This document shows positions 13,463 through 27,500 of a stretch of DNA of 64,000 bases, one piece after another; within the stretch, counting starts at the first letter, position 1; the number at the start of each line of letters is the position of its first letter. The DNA comes from Dimorphilus gyrociliatus (taxonomy: Eukaryota > Animalia > Annelida), in contig CAJFCJ010000029.1 in NCBI GenBank assembly GCA_904063045.1, forward strand, positions 1 to 64,000, written 5' to 3'. A program made the position numbers and the translations under genes. Below the pieces are notes generated by a model. The model saw only the letters and a program-made list of their open reading frames with translations, did no database searches and was not told the DNA's origin.

Positions 13463-13983
13463 CTATAATGGCAATGGTTTAATTAAAGTTTTTCGATCGT
13501 TCAAACTTGAGCTAGGCCTATGTTTGTCTTTGATATAAGTAACTCTAAGATCAGCGATTTAAGTCAGGAAATTATATATTTTGCTCATAATAATTATCCA
13601 CGCCTGATTAGTCTACCATTCAATTTTTTTGCAAAGAGAACATTCATTAGAATTATCTATTTCTTGGAAACGAGAAATGCTTTTAAAAGAGATATAGTTT
13701 CAAGGTGAATTAGAGGTCGAAAGATAATATAATCTGGTTTATATGTAGCTAAATGTCAATGTCCTACCGACATTTCAGTCTTTCATTAACTAAGAAAATT
13801 GGTTAGCGAAAGATGAAACGAATTATTTCACAACTTTAACTTTACTCTGATAACAGAGAGGGCGACACTTGTTACTACATAGTAAAGTCATCTAGTGACA
13901 AATGGTATAGTTGAAGGTCACGGTCAACGTGGCGTATCCTCCTATGTAAGAAGTAAATAAACGTAGTCATTACAATATTAATC

Positions 13984-14960
13984 ATGAGCTGGAATAATAG
14001 AGATTTGGACGACCAATTTGGTAGACCTGTCTATCCTACCAAAAGTGATGAACCAGAAGAAGAACGAGTGTGTGGATGGGGAGAAGGTACTGCTCAGCAA
14101 CAGATAGAGGGTTCAATGACTAGACAATTAAATTCAACAAAGCAATCCTTAAGACTGATAGCTCAATCAGAGGAAATAGGTATTACTGCTGCCCAAGAAT
14201 TAGATCAGCAAGGAGAGCAATTAGACAATATTGAGAAAAATCTAGATAAAGTGAATACTGATGTCAGAGCTACTCAAAAGCATTTAGATAGTATTAAGAG
14301 CGTTTTTGGTGGTTTGAAAAACTGGTTTACTGGAGCTAATAAGACGGCTGAAGAAGAAAGAAAAAAAACGGAAGAAGCTTCACGTCAACGTCTGGAGCGA
14401 AAACGCGAAGAAGAAAGCAAATTGCAGAAGGTTATAAATGAAAATCAACGTATATCAACTCAACAGCGTCAAACAAATATGAATATGAATGATAACATCT
14501 TCGATCAATCAAATCCAATGGCGAAGCACGAAGCAGTTTTAAATGAAAATTTAGGTAAAAATTTGTATAGAATTATAAGAGAGAAGATAATACTCATTAT
14601 GCTGGATTTGTTTTGGTTCTCTTTTTTATTTAAATGTAGTTAGCTTGACGCTACGGCTTCTGTTTTACAGAAGCTTCCAGTATAGTTACAATATTGTCAT
14701 TTTGAACAGTTATTTACATATTTATTTACGGTTAATCTACATACAATGTTTCAATTTACATCGCTTAACCTTACTATTTATCTTTCTTTTCAACAGACTT
14801 AATGCAAGGTGGAATTTCTCGTTTGAAAAATTTATCCTTAGGTCTACAAAATGAAATTGATAGTCAGAATGATCAGCTGGAATCAATAACCTCAAAGGCC
14901 GAAAGAGCTGATACAAGAATAAGAGATCAGAATAGGCAAATGGGGCAGATATTAAAATAA
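13984..14960 (+). CDS. SNAP29: Synaptosomal-associated protein 29 (Qbc SNARE)
   Basis: Two SNARE motifs: STKQSLRLIAQSEEIGITAAQELDQQGEQLDNIEKNLDKVN and, after splicing to 14787, LDLMQGGISRLKNLSLGLQNEIDSQNDQLESITSKAERAD. No palmitoylated cysteine cluster, as expected for SNAP29. Confidence 0.9.
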
Positions 14961-16099
14961 AAGAATCACTTTATGTTTCTATTTTTTATTTGCAATTAAT
15001 TTTTTTCTTCTATTTTTCTCTTTTCTCACTTAAAAACAAGAAAAGAAAAGGATAGAAGATACTTACTATAGTATTTAAACAATTCGTTATAGTTTCTTTC
15101 CAATAATTCCAGGTTATCTTTTTGATTTAATACTTAACTAACTATATACGGTAGATATTAAAATATACAGTATGTATTTACTATTACTGCAATCGTTTTG
15201 TTCAAAGTTTGTTTATTATTATCTAATAAAATTATAATGTAATTGTTTTTATTTAATTACAACAGTATCATTATTAGTTTTTGAAGTAAAACACTTACAT
15301 ACATATATATCCGAAAGGTGGCGCTGGGTGTCATATAAAACGTAAGACAAAAAAATCATTTTTTAACTCAAGTGGTAAATTGGAAATTGCTACAAATGTG
15401 ATGAAGAAGTTGTAAAGGGCAGGTGCAAAAATACGATTAACTTAACTTTTAGCTGTCAAAAGTTACATAAAATGTAACTTTTCCATTACTTAAGACACGT
15501 TTAATATATTAAAATAATAAAGTATTTTTTGATATCAATCATTATAATTACTTTTTAAATCTACAGTTTAAGTTTTACAATATCATATTATCGCTCCTTT
15601 GCATTCCTTTCTGTTGATTATGTTACGCCCCACCACCCATGAATTGGCGACTTCAATGTGCCAGTCGGCGTTGAGGAAAAGGCCGAAAAATTCGCACGCC
15701 TATTATATTAACCGGCCCACGAAGCTGGAGAAAACTAGTGATCGATTTAACAATCATACTGGATTCCTAAGTTTTCCAATCAGGTTTGTACATGGTTGCC
15801 TTATTGTTTTTTAACGGGTTTTATAATTTGCATTTAATTACGTTACGTAAGAGTCGATGATAAGCCCACCGGCATTTTAGATAGGAATGTAAAAGGTATT
15901 AAAGGAATTACAATCAATGTCTAGTCGGTCTATTTTAGTCTTGCAATTGTACTGAGCTTCACCTACTAAAGACGACTCTCTGTTGGCTATCATGTTTTCT
16001 AGGTCAATTTTAAAACTTATTAAAAGCAATATTCAAGAAGGTATTGCTACTTATATGTAAATATATAAATAAATTTGTACCTAGGACATTTTAATGCAA

Positions 16100-16372
16100 G
16101 CACACATGTTCGGTACGGGTCACGTGACGTTCAATAATTAAGCGGCGTTCAATACAATCGAGTATTGACTGGCAAACTGGAATGCAGTAATGGCCAACTG
16201 CAACTAGCACGTGCAGCTCGCGCTGCAAGAAGCTTCGTTTTGATTAGTTTATTAATTAGCTTTTTTTGGATATATTTTCAACTTACGAAAAAGAATATTT
16301 CTAACATTGGATTTTAGTTGATAGGAGATAAATACTGCTCGAATGTTCAATTTTTTAAAAATTCAGTAAGTA
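16100..16372 (+). promoter_or_regulatory. Probable promoter and non-coding first exon of the giant cadherin
   Basis: Locally GC-richer segment with GTCACGTGAC (16119-16128) and GCACGTGC (16207-16214). A GTAAGT donor follows at about 16366 with no upstream ORF. Confidence 0.4.
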
Positions 16373-16374
16373 AA

Positions 16375-16406
<32 letters not shown>

Positions 16407-16415
16407 CGAGAGAGA
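16375..16415. repeat. (AG)n microsatellite
   Basis: Near-pure AG run directly after the putative first-intron donor. Confidence 0.9.
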
Positions 16416-17536
16416 ATAGTCTGTGTTAAAGGGATACTATCGATTAGCAAATTTTTGTAGAAAGAATCAAAGTCAAGGTTATGAATAATCTGAATGTTCT
16501 TAATAGGTATATTGAATATCTAGTATTATATCTAAGTGATATTTGTTAGGTCATAAGTAAAAGATTTACACTATAAGAACCTATATGTATCTTATATATC
16601 TATATATCTATATTTATATACCTTACACTGTATATATATATAGATAGAAAAAAAGAAAGGTTGTGCAATGAATCACTCATTGTTTTCCCTATTATTAACT
16701 ATATAGATTGGTTAGAGGGGAATTTACCGTTATTTTTTTCCCCATCTTTATTCAATTTTTTTTTCGCAAACTGTTTTCAAAATTATTTGTATATTTCATT
16801 GATTTTTTTTTCCGAGTGTAATCGTAAGATTAATAGATTAGGGACTTTTTCTTAAAATCTTACGAACGTGTTTGGACTAAGCATACATTCAAACCGAATA
16901 TAGACGATTTAAAAAGCTTTTGAATAGAAATTTAGTTTAGATTACGTTCCAATTCAATATACATTTTTTGTTGATTCTATTTTGTAATTGACTTGTTAAG
17001 TAAATTTAACAAACTATTTAAAAATCAACGAGTATATTTCTTACTTTTTTTCTCTGCCATTAGTTGGATTTTTACGCTCTTAACCTTACTTATTTATTGA
17101 ATTTTCACCAAAGAATATCGACTTAAAACTTCTGTCAAGTGCCAGTCGATACAAAGTAATTTTTCAACCTATAAATTAAAATTTATCTAAATACCATTCT
17201 TTCTTAATAATCCCATTTTGTTTATGAAAATTTTACTAAATGTACAATATCTGTATCAAATATACCAATGATTTATATTGTTCAACACTTAGCGTAGGTG
17301 GAAATGGTAGAGGAAGTCACGAAATATTTTTGACAGTATTTTACAAAAAACACATGATCAATAGTTTATTATTTCAATTCTATCTTCGAAAGTAAACTCC
17401 GATTAATAATCATAACAAGAGTAATAAAACATTTTCAATTTTTTTATAGTCATTGCTTTTAATAGCAAGAGAGAGCGAGAGAGAGAAAGGGTACTGTAGA
17501 GGTAGGCAAGTTATGCAGTTACAAAAGAACAACATC

Positions 17537-17549
17537 TGACCTTTGACCT
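17537..17549 (-). promoter_or_regulatory. Perfect DR1 nuclear-receptor element (AGGTCA-A-AGGTCA)
   Basis: TGACCTTTGACCT on the plus strand, in the non-coding region 1 kb upstream of the cadherin ATG. Confidence 0.55.
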
Positions 17550-18523
17550 TAAGGTTTCTGAAAAGGAAACATACCGAAAGTAAATAACATATTGTATCAA
17601 AATATATTTTATATGTACAATACAATTTTACTCTAGAAAAAAAGCTATTTTTAGAATATGATCGTTATTTTAAAATGTATATATAAATAATTACTATATT
17701 AAATCAGTTGAAATAAAAAAAAAATTTTTTTAAGGTCATTCAATATTCAAAAATGGTCCATTAGTCACATTTCAGCGTTTAACTATCTATTATTCACAAG
17801 AATATGTATGACTTTCCGCTTCTAGTTCATTCTCTGTCTTACTTATTAAAAAATTATCAATGATCTAGCCCTATTTATAACGGAACTGTCACTTTTTAAT
17901 AATGAACTAGATATAGAATAGTCCTTTAATATTTTAATATTTTCTGATGAATTTACATTGGCAAAAAGGAGGAATCTGGGCTAAATTCATTCATCGCAAT
18001 GCAGAATGCAACTAGGCGTAGAAAATTATTTACTGTATACAACAATAAAAGTAAATGCAAGAATGCGTATTATTATCTCTTTTGATGTTACTAAACAATT
18101 TTTTTTTCATGGTTAGGCCTATGAATTTTTCAGCTGTTTTACCATTGTTGACTTGAATTTTAATCGATAATCTCTCATTACACACACACACATATATATA
18201 TATAAATTTATATATATATATATATATATGAACAAAGTAATTGTTAATGCAATTTATAGCCATCTCTTAGTTTTCTTACTTAATTTAAGCATAATTGCAA
18301 TAATGACAGTAATAAAGAGAGATAATAAGATTACCATTTTTTTTTAACTCCTAAATTATGGGGTAATTTTGTAAATATAGGTAATAAATTCTCTTTTGTT
18401 CAATATGATATAAATCTTGTTTTTCCTATCCTCTCCTCAATATATCTTCTTCTATTTTTCATCCACCTCACCTCTATGGACTAAAAGTTTAGAACAGTTT
18501 GAGGAAGTGCAATAAGTGGAGGG

Positions 18524-21500
18524 ATGTTTTCCCTAAGAATCTCGGTGATCCTGTTACTTTTAGCAGTTCCATCGATAGCTCAAGAACGTTAGTATGCTAA
18601 ATTAAATTTTAGTCTACTCTACGGAACGTCTTATATATTCATGTAATTAAATTATTAGTATGCACCGCCAAAGATGATCCGCGTCTTCGAGTTGAAGTTA
18701 CGGAAGCTAATCAAGCAACTTTTGAACAAAATAGAGATTCTGATGCTTATAAAGCAGAAATCAAAGTTCATGGAATATTAAATGACAACATAAAAATGGA
18801 TCTGAAGCAAAACTCGGGTTCAGTTTTTAATCCTCAAGAGTAAGATAATCCACATATTGATTACCATTTAAATAAATACTTGTATTTGTAAATATACTAA
18901 TTTACCAGATTTTTTACACTGGAAATGGAGGATAATCGTATTATGCTTAAATTGAAGCAAGGATTAGACCGAGAGGTTGATTTTATTCTCTTATTCTCAA
19001 GATAAATTCAATTTATATTAAATTAAGGAATTATATTGATTAAACCATTATTCCAGAGCTACCCTTTGGAGTACTATTTTACAATAGTGTGCACAAAAAT
19101 TACAACAAATGATCAAGGAGTAAGTATTTATCTATTTTAACCTGAATATATTAATTAATTAATTAAGTAGACAAATTAACATAAAAGGCTATATTATTCT
19201 TATTATTACTTGATAAATATTCTTCTTATTGAATAATTCGTAGTGATACTTTTAAAATACTATATACTTCTACGTAGTTCTAGATTTTAACATAGTTTTT
19301 TATTGTTTATTTCTACTAACACTAATGATTTTTCAACTCTCAGTCATCTGTCCGCAAGGTACCAAAATAAAATAGATTTGCTATAAAAAACAGTTTATTG
19401 CATCATATCAAAAGAAAACCAATAAGCCTATTCTTTTCCTTCTGCTTGAACTATTTCCTACTTCGTTGCTTATATTTCTATCTCTAGTTTGTAGTAATTT
19501 GCCGTTACTGTGTTATCTTTTTTGTTTTTTGTGCTTTTTATCTTTTCTTCCCTTCTAATATTTTCCTTATTCTAAATGAAAGCTTAAAATAATAATTGAA
19601 CAAGTTTCACTCAAGCGGGCTGCTTTGATCCCAATGAAAAACACGAGAGCTAACCTGAACTGATTATTTTTCCATATTTTTTCCTTTCATCCCTTTCCCT
19701 CGTTTATTTTTAATCTGAAAAGTTCATTTCATTTCTTAAATCTCAACAAAAATTCAACTTTACTAATAGTCATTTTTTTTTTCTTTTTTTTTCTCTTTAC
19801 CAATTTCTAGGTAAACTTGAATGTTTCTCTGAGAATAAGAGATGTTAATGATAATGCTCCTCGTTTTTTGGACGCCAACTATAATGTAAAAATAGAAGAA
19901 GTCAGTAATTTTCTTTAACGCAAGGAAAGGCATTAGTTGTTTATTTTTAATTTATTTATAAATCCTAGATTGTACCAGTGGACTATACTGTATTAGAAGT
20001 TGCTGCTAAGGATAAAGATTCCGGTAAAAATGGCGAAATTACGTACAATATTGAACCTGCATTAAATGTTAGGAATGACGGAAAAGATCACTTTAAGATT
20101 TTATCTTCTGGAATAATTAAAGTAGCCAAAGCATTGGATTATGAGGCTTTAGCAATTACTGGCGATCGTAGTTTCTATTTAAATGTCTCTGCATCGGATA
20201 ATTCGGATACTTCGAAATTAACAAGCTATCAAACTGTTCGTATTCAAATAGAGGACAGTGACGATCTGGGACCTGTCTTCATCGCCTCAGGATGTGTTCA
20301 AGTAGACGCAGTCTGCATTGATGTCAAGTATACAATAACTCTTGAGAGTGGAGTTCTCAGACCAAATTTAAACGTTCGTCCTAATTCTATTCGAGCAATA
20401 GATAGAGATAGGGGAATAGCGAATAAAATCACTTATAAATTTGTGGCCGGTGAACCGTCGATTTATAATAACTTTTTTGAAATTTCATCTGATGGAACAG
20501 TTACCCAAAAGAAGGCAGTTGACAGAATAACAGACTTCAAAGAAGCCACTATAACAATTCTTGCCCAAGAAATTTCAATTGAAAAACGATTTGAAACTGC
20601 TGTTTTACATATAGTTGTCAACCAGAAGAATGATTTTGCACCAGTAATTAAGAGTGTCGACGATAAAACTACTGCTTATATTAGAGAAAACTCTGATGTC
20701 GGAAGCTTTCTTATGGATGATCAGGGTAAAGCTTTCAAGATAGAGGTTAGCGATCCCGATCAAGTTGAAGGAGATAGTGCTACAAAATTTAGTTTGAATG
20801 TAATAGATACTGGAATAGTGGGTATTACTGATGAAGGATATCTAAGACTTCAACAACAAGTTGACTTTGAACAACTACCCGATGCCATAAGTTTTAGAGT
20901 TCAAGCCAGGGAGTTAAATGTTCCAAATGGAAAAACGACTCTTGAATCATTCAGCATAAAAGTTGTTGATGTTAATGATAACAAACCAAGATTTTCTACA
21001 TCAGATAATCTTGTATTCATTAAAGAAATAGAGAATCCTGAGCCAAGGGTAGTTTATACTGTTAGCGCAAGTGATGTCGATTCTGGAGACTTTGGAAATG
21101 TTACTTATTCTATAACATCTGGAGGTAATGGGAAATTCGAAATCAATAAATACACTGGTGACATATCTCTCATCCGTTCTGTCAAGAGAGAAGAAACCTA
21201 CACTTTATTCATTCAGGCACAAGATAATGCACCCGCAGATGATAGATTGTAATTGATTTTCAATTTTATTAATTCAGATAGCACTGAAATGGTTGTTTTT
21301 TTTAATTTAGATTTGATACAACGTCTGTAGAGTTTAGAATTTTATTCGCAATTAATACGATTCCAAGATTCCCTTCGGAGAAGTACAAAGTAGAAGTGAG
21401 CGAAGCTACTCCAAGAAATACCATAATCTTTACGATCCAAGCTCAAGATCCTGATCCTAACGCTAGGATTAACTATAAAACAAACTTTGAAGATATGTTT

Positions 21501-24500
21501 TCAATTAACAGTCAAACTGGAGAAATTCGACTGAGGAATAGTTTGGACTACGAAAGACTAAGGACCATCCCTGTACGAATAACAGCTACGGACGGGAATA
21601 TAAATGCAGTAAGTTTTATATAAACAAAACTCATCTCTTTCTCATTCTCTGTACATTAAATATTTTATATAACGTAATTCAATCAGCGTTAATCATCGTT
21701 TTTTTATAATTCTAATCAATTTTTTTCCCCCATTTTTTTTTTACTAGACCGCAACAACAACCCTAGTTGTTACCGTGACTGATATTAATGATAATTCACC
21801 TGAGCTAGGAGAGACTGTGAAAGAGCTGTTTGTTGATGAGGGTAAGAGTAATATTATTGTCGACGGTAGAATTTGGGGTAATGACGAAGATGAAGGAGCA
21901 AATGGACAAGTTCGCTACAGAATTGAAAATAACGAATACTTCCGTATTGATGAAAACACAGGAAATATGTATACAAAAACGGCGTTAGATTATGAAACTA
22001 AAAAAATCCATAAGGTCCCTGTCATCCTCATTGATAGAGGAACACCACCAAGATCGTCTGTAGTTTATATAACCGTTAATGTCAACGATCTTGAAGATGA
22101 AATACCAATATTTGATAAGACTAGTTATCAAGCCACTGTAAATGAAAACGATGATAATGCATATGTTGTTACTGTTTTGGTTTGTATTGATATTTTTTTA
22201 CCAAGTTTTCTCAATTATTTATAATAATTTCACTTAACTAAAGGCAAGGGACGCCGATACAAATAAATCGGTAACTTATAAATTCAGCCGTAATGAAAAC
22301 AACCTTTTCAAGATAAATCAAACAAATGGAGAAATTCGAACAGCTGTCAACCTAGATTATGAATTATCACGTCGGCATACAGTTATAGTTTCAACTGAGG
22401 AAGCTGGAAATAACAGAAATTATCTATATTCAGCAACCGTCACTATAAGTGTTTTGGTAAATAATAGGCCTAATAATAATTGATTCTTCGATTGAAGCTT
22501 CAAAGAGATCGATTATACAAATAATTTTTTTTCTTTAAAAGGATCGAAACGATAACGTACCGAAATTTGAAAAGGACTTATATCGAGTGGAGAAAGGCGT
22601 AAAAGAAAATATTGCGGTTGGCTCAGACCTTACTAGAGTTAGAGCTACAGATGATGATCCGTCAGGGGTACAACATTTTTTCCCAGCTTTTTTCCAATAT
22701 ATAGGCAATTTCCTTTAACGTGACTATTTGTTTTTGTTTTTGTTAGACATTTAATAGCAGGATACGTTATAAGCTTAAATCTTCCGTACCACCTTCCGGG
22801 AATGGATTATTTTTGGTTCATCCGGATCAGGGAGTAGTAATTGTTAGAAGACCATTGAGCGATGATAAAGATGACGTTTCGAGTTACGAGGTTTGTTTTC
22901 ATTGGCTATTTACTATATTATTAAATCAAATACTTGAAGTAAGTGATTAATTGTAATTTGTATATTAACAAATAGTTAACCGTTGAGGCGATAGATTTGG
23001 GTAATCCTCCCCTTTCAAGCACCACTAAAGTTGTTGTACCAATACTTAGGAATTTAAATGCTCCAAAGTTTACGGAAACGAGTATATCAAGAACAATTCC
23101 GTCTACCTTCCCAGTGAATTCTGAAGTTGCGCGATTAATTGTTAGCGATGCCGATACAATTGATCCATTCAACTCAATTCGACTTAGAGTTATTGGCGAT
23201 GGTAAAGCTCAAGGATATTTTAAAATATCACCTAGTGGATCCCTGAGTCTAAGTCGTAATTTAAAAGATGACTCAGACAGAAGATATACAGTAAGAATTA
23301 GAGCAACTGACGGAATGGGTAAAGAAAATGAGAGAGACGCTGTTGTTAGAATTACTGTTGAAAGAAATTTAAATGCTCCCGTATTTAATCCAAAAAAATA
23401 CGATAAAACAGTTCAAGATAACCAGCCATTGGGAGATACAATTCTCACTCTTACTGCAACGGACGCTGACAAATATGCACCTCACAAGACTATTTCTTTT
23501 CGAATTATGCCTAACAATGCTGGTACACACCAATATTTTCAAGTTGATGATTCAGGAGAAGTATACCTAAAGAGGTCGCTAGCACTTGATACCGCTTTAA
23601 GAACTCAATATAAATTTAACATAAAAGCTTTTGATGAAGGCGAGCCTGAAAGAAAGGAATCTGTTGAAGAAGCAGAAGTCACTATTCAAGTTCTTCGTAA
23701 TGAAAATTCTCCAATCTTCTTTAATTCATCATACTCGGCCTTTATAAGAGAAAATGAAATAAACGTTGGTAGATTGATAACAACAGTACTGGCTAATGAT
23801 AAAGATACAGTTAATGATTTCAAAACCATTAGTTATGATATTATTGGTGATGATAAGGCTTCGAGCTTTTTCAATATTCATAAAACTAATGGAGAAATTC
23901 GAATTGCAACTAATTTTGTCAACGATCCAGCGGAGTTGCATAGAATTCGTGTCTTAGCAAGCGACAAGGGGAATCCACCTAGAACTGCAAGCGTATTCGT
24001 TAATGTTGAAATCGATAGAAATTTAAAATCTCCACAATGGAATGGTGGTATCAATAGAAACTATAAAATTTTAGAAACTGTTCCCTCAGGAACAATAGTG
24101 GGAGACGTTCAAGCTCGAGATTCTGATAAATTCCCACCAAATAATGTTGTTTCATATTATTTAATTGGAGATGAAAAGGCAACTGAATACTTTAACGTCA
24201 ATGACAAAACGGGTAGAATTTTTGTTCAAAAAGATCTCACAGCCGATTCAAGCTCAAGTTTATCTTATAGTTTAGTATTAATTGCTAGAGATTCCGGTAA
24301 AGTGCCACGATCCAGCTCGAATTTAACAATAACAGTACAAGTCATTAGAAATTTGAATGCCCCTGTATTTACTTCCGGTGATTTTACAGTACAGCCAATT
24401 AGATCTCAAACTTCTGTTGGATCTAGAATTTACACTGCATCCGTATCGGATAGCGATGATAAAAATCAATTTGGCTCCGTAACATATAGTATTATCGGAG

Positions 24501-27500
24501 ATAGTTTAGCTAAAAATTTCTTCGAGATCAATTCAAAATCAGGAGAAGTCAGAGTAAGAAATGCACTAGATAGCGATCCATCAACAAAATATAATCTTGT
24601 AATTCTGGTTGAAGATAATGGAGATCCTCCAAAATCTGATCAAATGATTCTGACAGTACCAGTAAACAGAAATCAGAATAAACCTAGATTTTTTACAAAT
24701 AATAAGAACATTGTCATTTTGGAAACGCAAGAATTAGGAGCTATAATTGCTGAAATGCCTGCTAGTGATAATGATAAATTCCAACCATTCAATACTATCA
24801 CCTACAGACTTAAGCCTGAAGGAGTAAATGCTGAATACTTTAATGTTGATTCCTTCACTGGAAATGTCTCAGTTAGAACTAGTTTAAACTCTCATTCAAG
24901 AGATGTTTATAGGGTAAGATTTTTTTTCCTATTGTACTTAAATCTTGTCCAAGTTCTAAAAGCGTGTATGTAATATTTTAAATAGCTGACCATTGAAGCA
25001 TGGGACGGTGGAAATCCGCCACAAAAATCCGATCAAGATGGAAGAGTTACAGTCAACGTGCGACGAAATAAAAATACACCGAGGTTCACCGATTCGAATT
25101 ACGGCGTCAAAATTGATAGAAACATTGAAGTTGGCTCAAGAGTAATCAGAGTTCAGGCAACAGATTCAGACACCACACAGCCTTTTAATACTATTACATA
25201 TTCAATTACCGGTGATGATGTGGCAAGCGATTATTTCGAAATTGATAATCTAGGAGTTATAACGCTAAAAGCGTCTATAAACCTTAGAGAAGAGACAGTT
25301 TATAGAGTAAATTATACCATAATCTATATTTAAAAGCATTAACAATAATTTAATTATTAATTTTATTGTAGATAAGAGTTATTGCAAGCGATAAAGGCCT
25401 TCCATCAAAGAGTGCAATTACTATTGTTACTGTTAGTGTTAATAGGAATCTTGAAGTGCCTATATTCACAAATCCAACAACACGTATTGCTAACACAACT
25501 ATTCTCGAGACACATGATTACAAATCAGTTATTTTTACTTTCTCTGGTACTGATAGTGATGTCACCGTAAGTCTTTGCCTAACAGCATATGTATTCCTCT
25601 TTCTATTTATATTTATTTATTAAAGGCGCCATATAATACTGTAAATTTTCGAATTGTTGGAAATTCGGATGATACTCAATTCTTCTTAGTCGATTTTAAT
25701 TCTGGAAAACTGCAACTCAGAAGGTCTCTATTACAAGATTCTAATTCCAAAACAGTATACAATGTTAGTATATAGAGTATTTGTAAATTCAATTAATGAT
25801 TTATTGTACAATAATTTGTGTTGCTTTCTTTTTAGTTGGATATTGAAGCTGTTGATGGAGGAAATCCACCAAAATCATCTATCGATCGAATTAGGTATAA
25901 GGTTTTTGTTAAAAGAAATACCGGAGCTCCAACTTTCTCTCAACCTTCTTATTCTTTTTCTGTTGACGAGACAACTGGATCTGGCAATAAAATTGGAATA
26001 GTTTCTGCTACCGATTCAGACTCCGATTTTAATAAAGTAACATATGAAATTTTCCGAGGGGATGTAGCTTCTAACTTCTTTTCTATTAATCCCAATACTG
26101 GTGAAATATCTATAAGAAGATCTTTACAAGACGATTCCGCTTTAACCTATGAAGTAATGATTAAATAATTTGAATGAATTTTTTATTATAGTATTATTTT
26201 ATACTTCTGCAATAGATAAGAGTTATAGCATCCGATGATGGTGTTCCACCACTGTCTGAGACAAAGCTAGTAAAAATATCAGTAAATAGGAATCTCAATT
26301 GTCCTACTTGGAATGATAAAAATATCAATACGAACATTATGGAAACTGATCCTGTTACAAAATTAATTGCCAGAGTAAGAGCAAGTGATAGAGACTCGAA
26401 GGTATGCGAAACTGTTGCCACTGTGTAACAAAGGAACAATAAAACTAATTATTTCTTTTATTTCAGAGTCCACACAAAGATATTAGATATAAAGTAATTG
26501 GTAATTCTGAAGCTAGTAAATATTTTACCGTTAATGCTATTTCTGGTCAAGTCTATCAAAAAGTTCCCGTATTGAATGATCCAAACAAAGCCGAAGTATA
26601 TAAAGTAAGGATAACTTTTACACACAGATATACTGTATATATTTAATACAATAGAATCAATAACCTTTAATCTTTTCACTCAGATTGAACTATCTGCTTC
26701 GGATTTAGGAGAACCTATTCCTTGCACTGCTGCTAGTAATAGCAGCGTTACAGTTAGGGTCTATAGAAATTTAAATGCACCCGTTTTCACTAATAATGGA
26801 ACATATAGCAAAAAGATTAGAGAAAATTCAAATATAAATGATTTTGTCACGTCAGCAAGAGCGACAGATAAAGATTCCAGATCGCCTTTTAGAGATATTG
26901 AATATAAAATTGTTGGTGAAGGTCCATCTATTGGACTATTTAAAATTGGACTAACAGATGGAAATATACGAATTCGTAATTTCCTAACAACCGATCCATC
27001 TCAAACTTATCGAGTATTTATAACTATCAATATTTTAAATTATCGAATAATTAATGCTATTTAATCACTACAGATTATTGTAGTAGCCGAAGATAAAGGT
27101 ACTCCAAGGAGATCGGCCACAGGAACAGTTGATGTAGCAGTTGAAAGAAATTTAAATCAGCCATCATTTACTGAGACCAACGTTCGTTATGAGATCGTTG
27201 AAACAACGATTGTTGGAACTGAACTAGTTCAACTAAGAGCAACTGATGATGATACTTTTGTAAGTAAATGTAAAATTATTATTCGAATTGTTATAAATTA
27301 TGTTTTATCGTCTTAAAAAAAGGCTCCCCACAACGAAATAAGATACAGTATTTCGCCAAACCAATTCCAAGCAGAAGAGTATTTCAGCGTTGATCCAATT
27401 TCTGGGAAAATCTTTTTAAGGAAATCTGTTCAACAGCTGAACAATTTAGAAGTAACGGTTCGTATTTTATAAAATCAATGTTTAATCATTGTTATACCAC

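Noticed and set aside
15842-15850. TTACGTAA D-box suggesting circadian control together with the E-boxes
   Set aside because: The 8-mer recurs at about 7549, 8359 and 63357, consistent with chance in AT-rich DNA.
17945-17990. TGATGA plus a 9-bp stem as a C/D snoRNA
   Set aside because: No D box (CTGA) at a suitable distance and no terminal stem.
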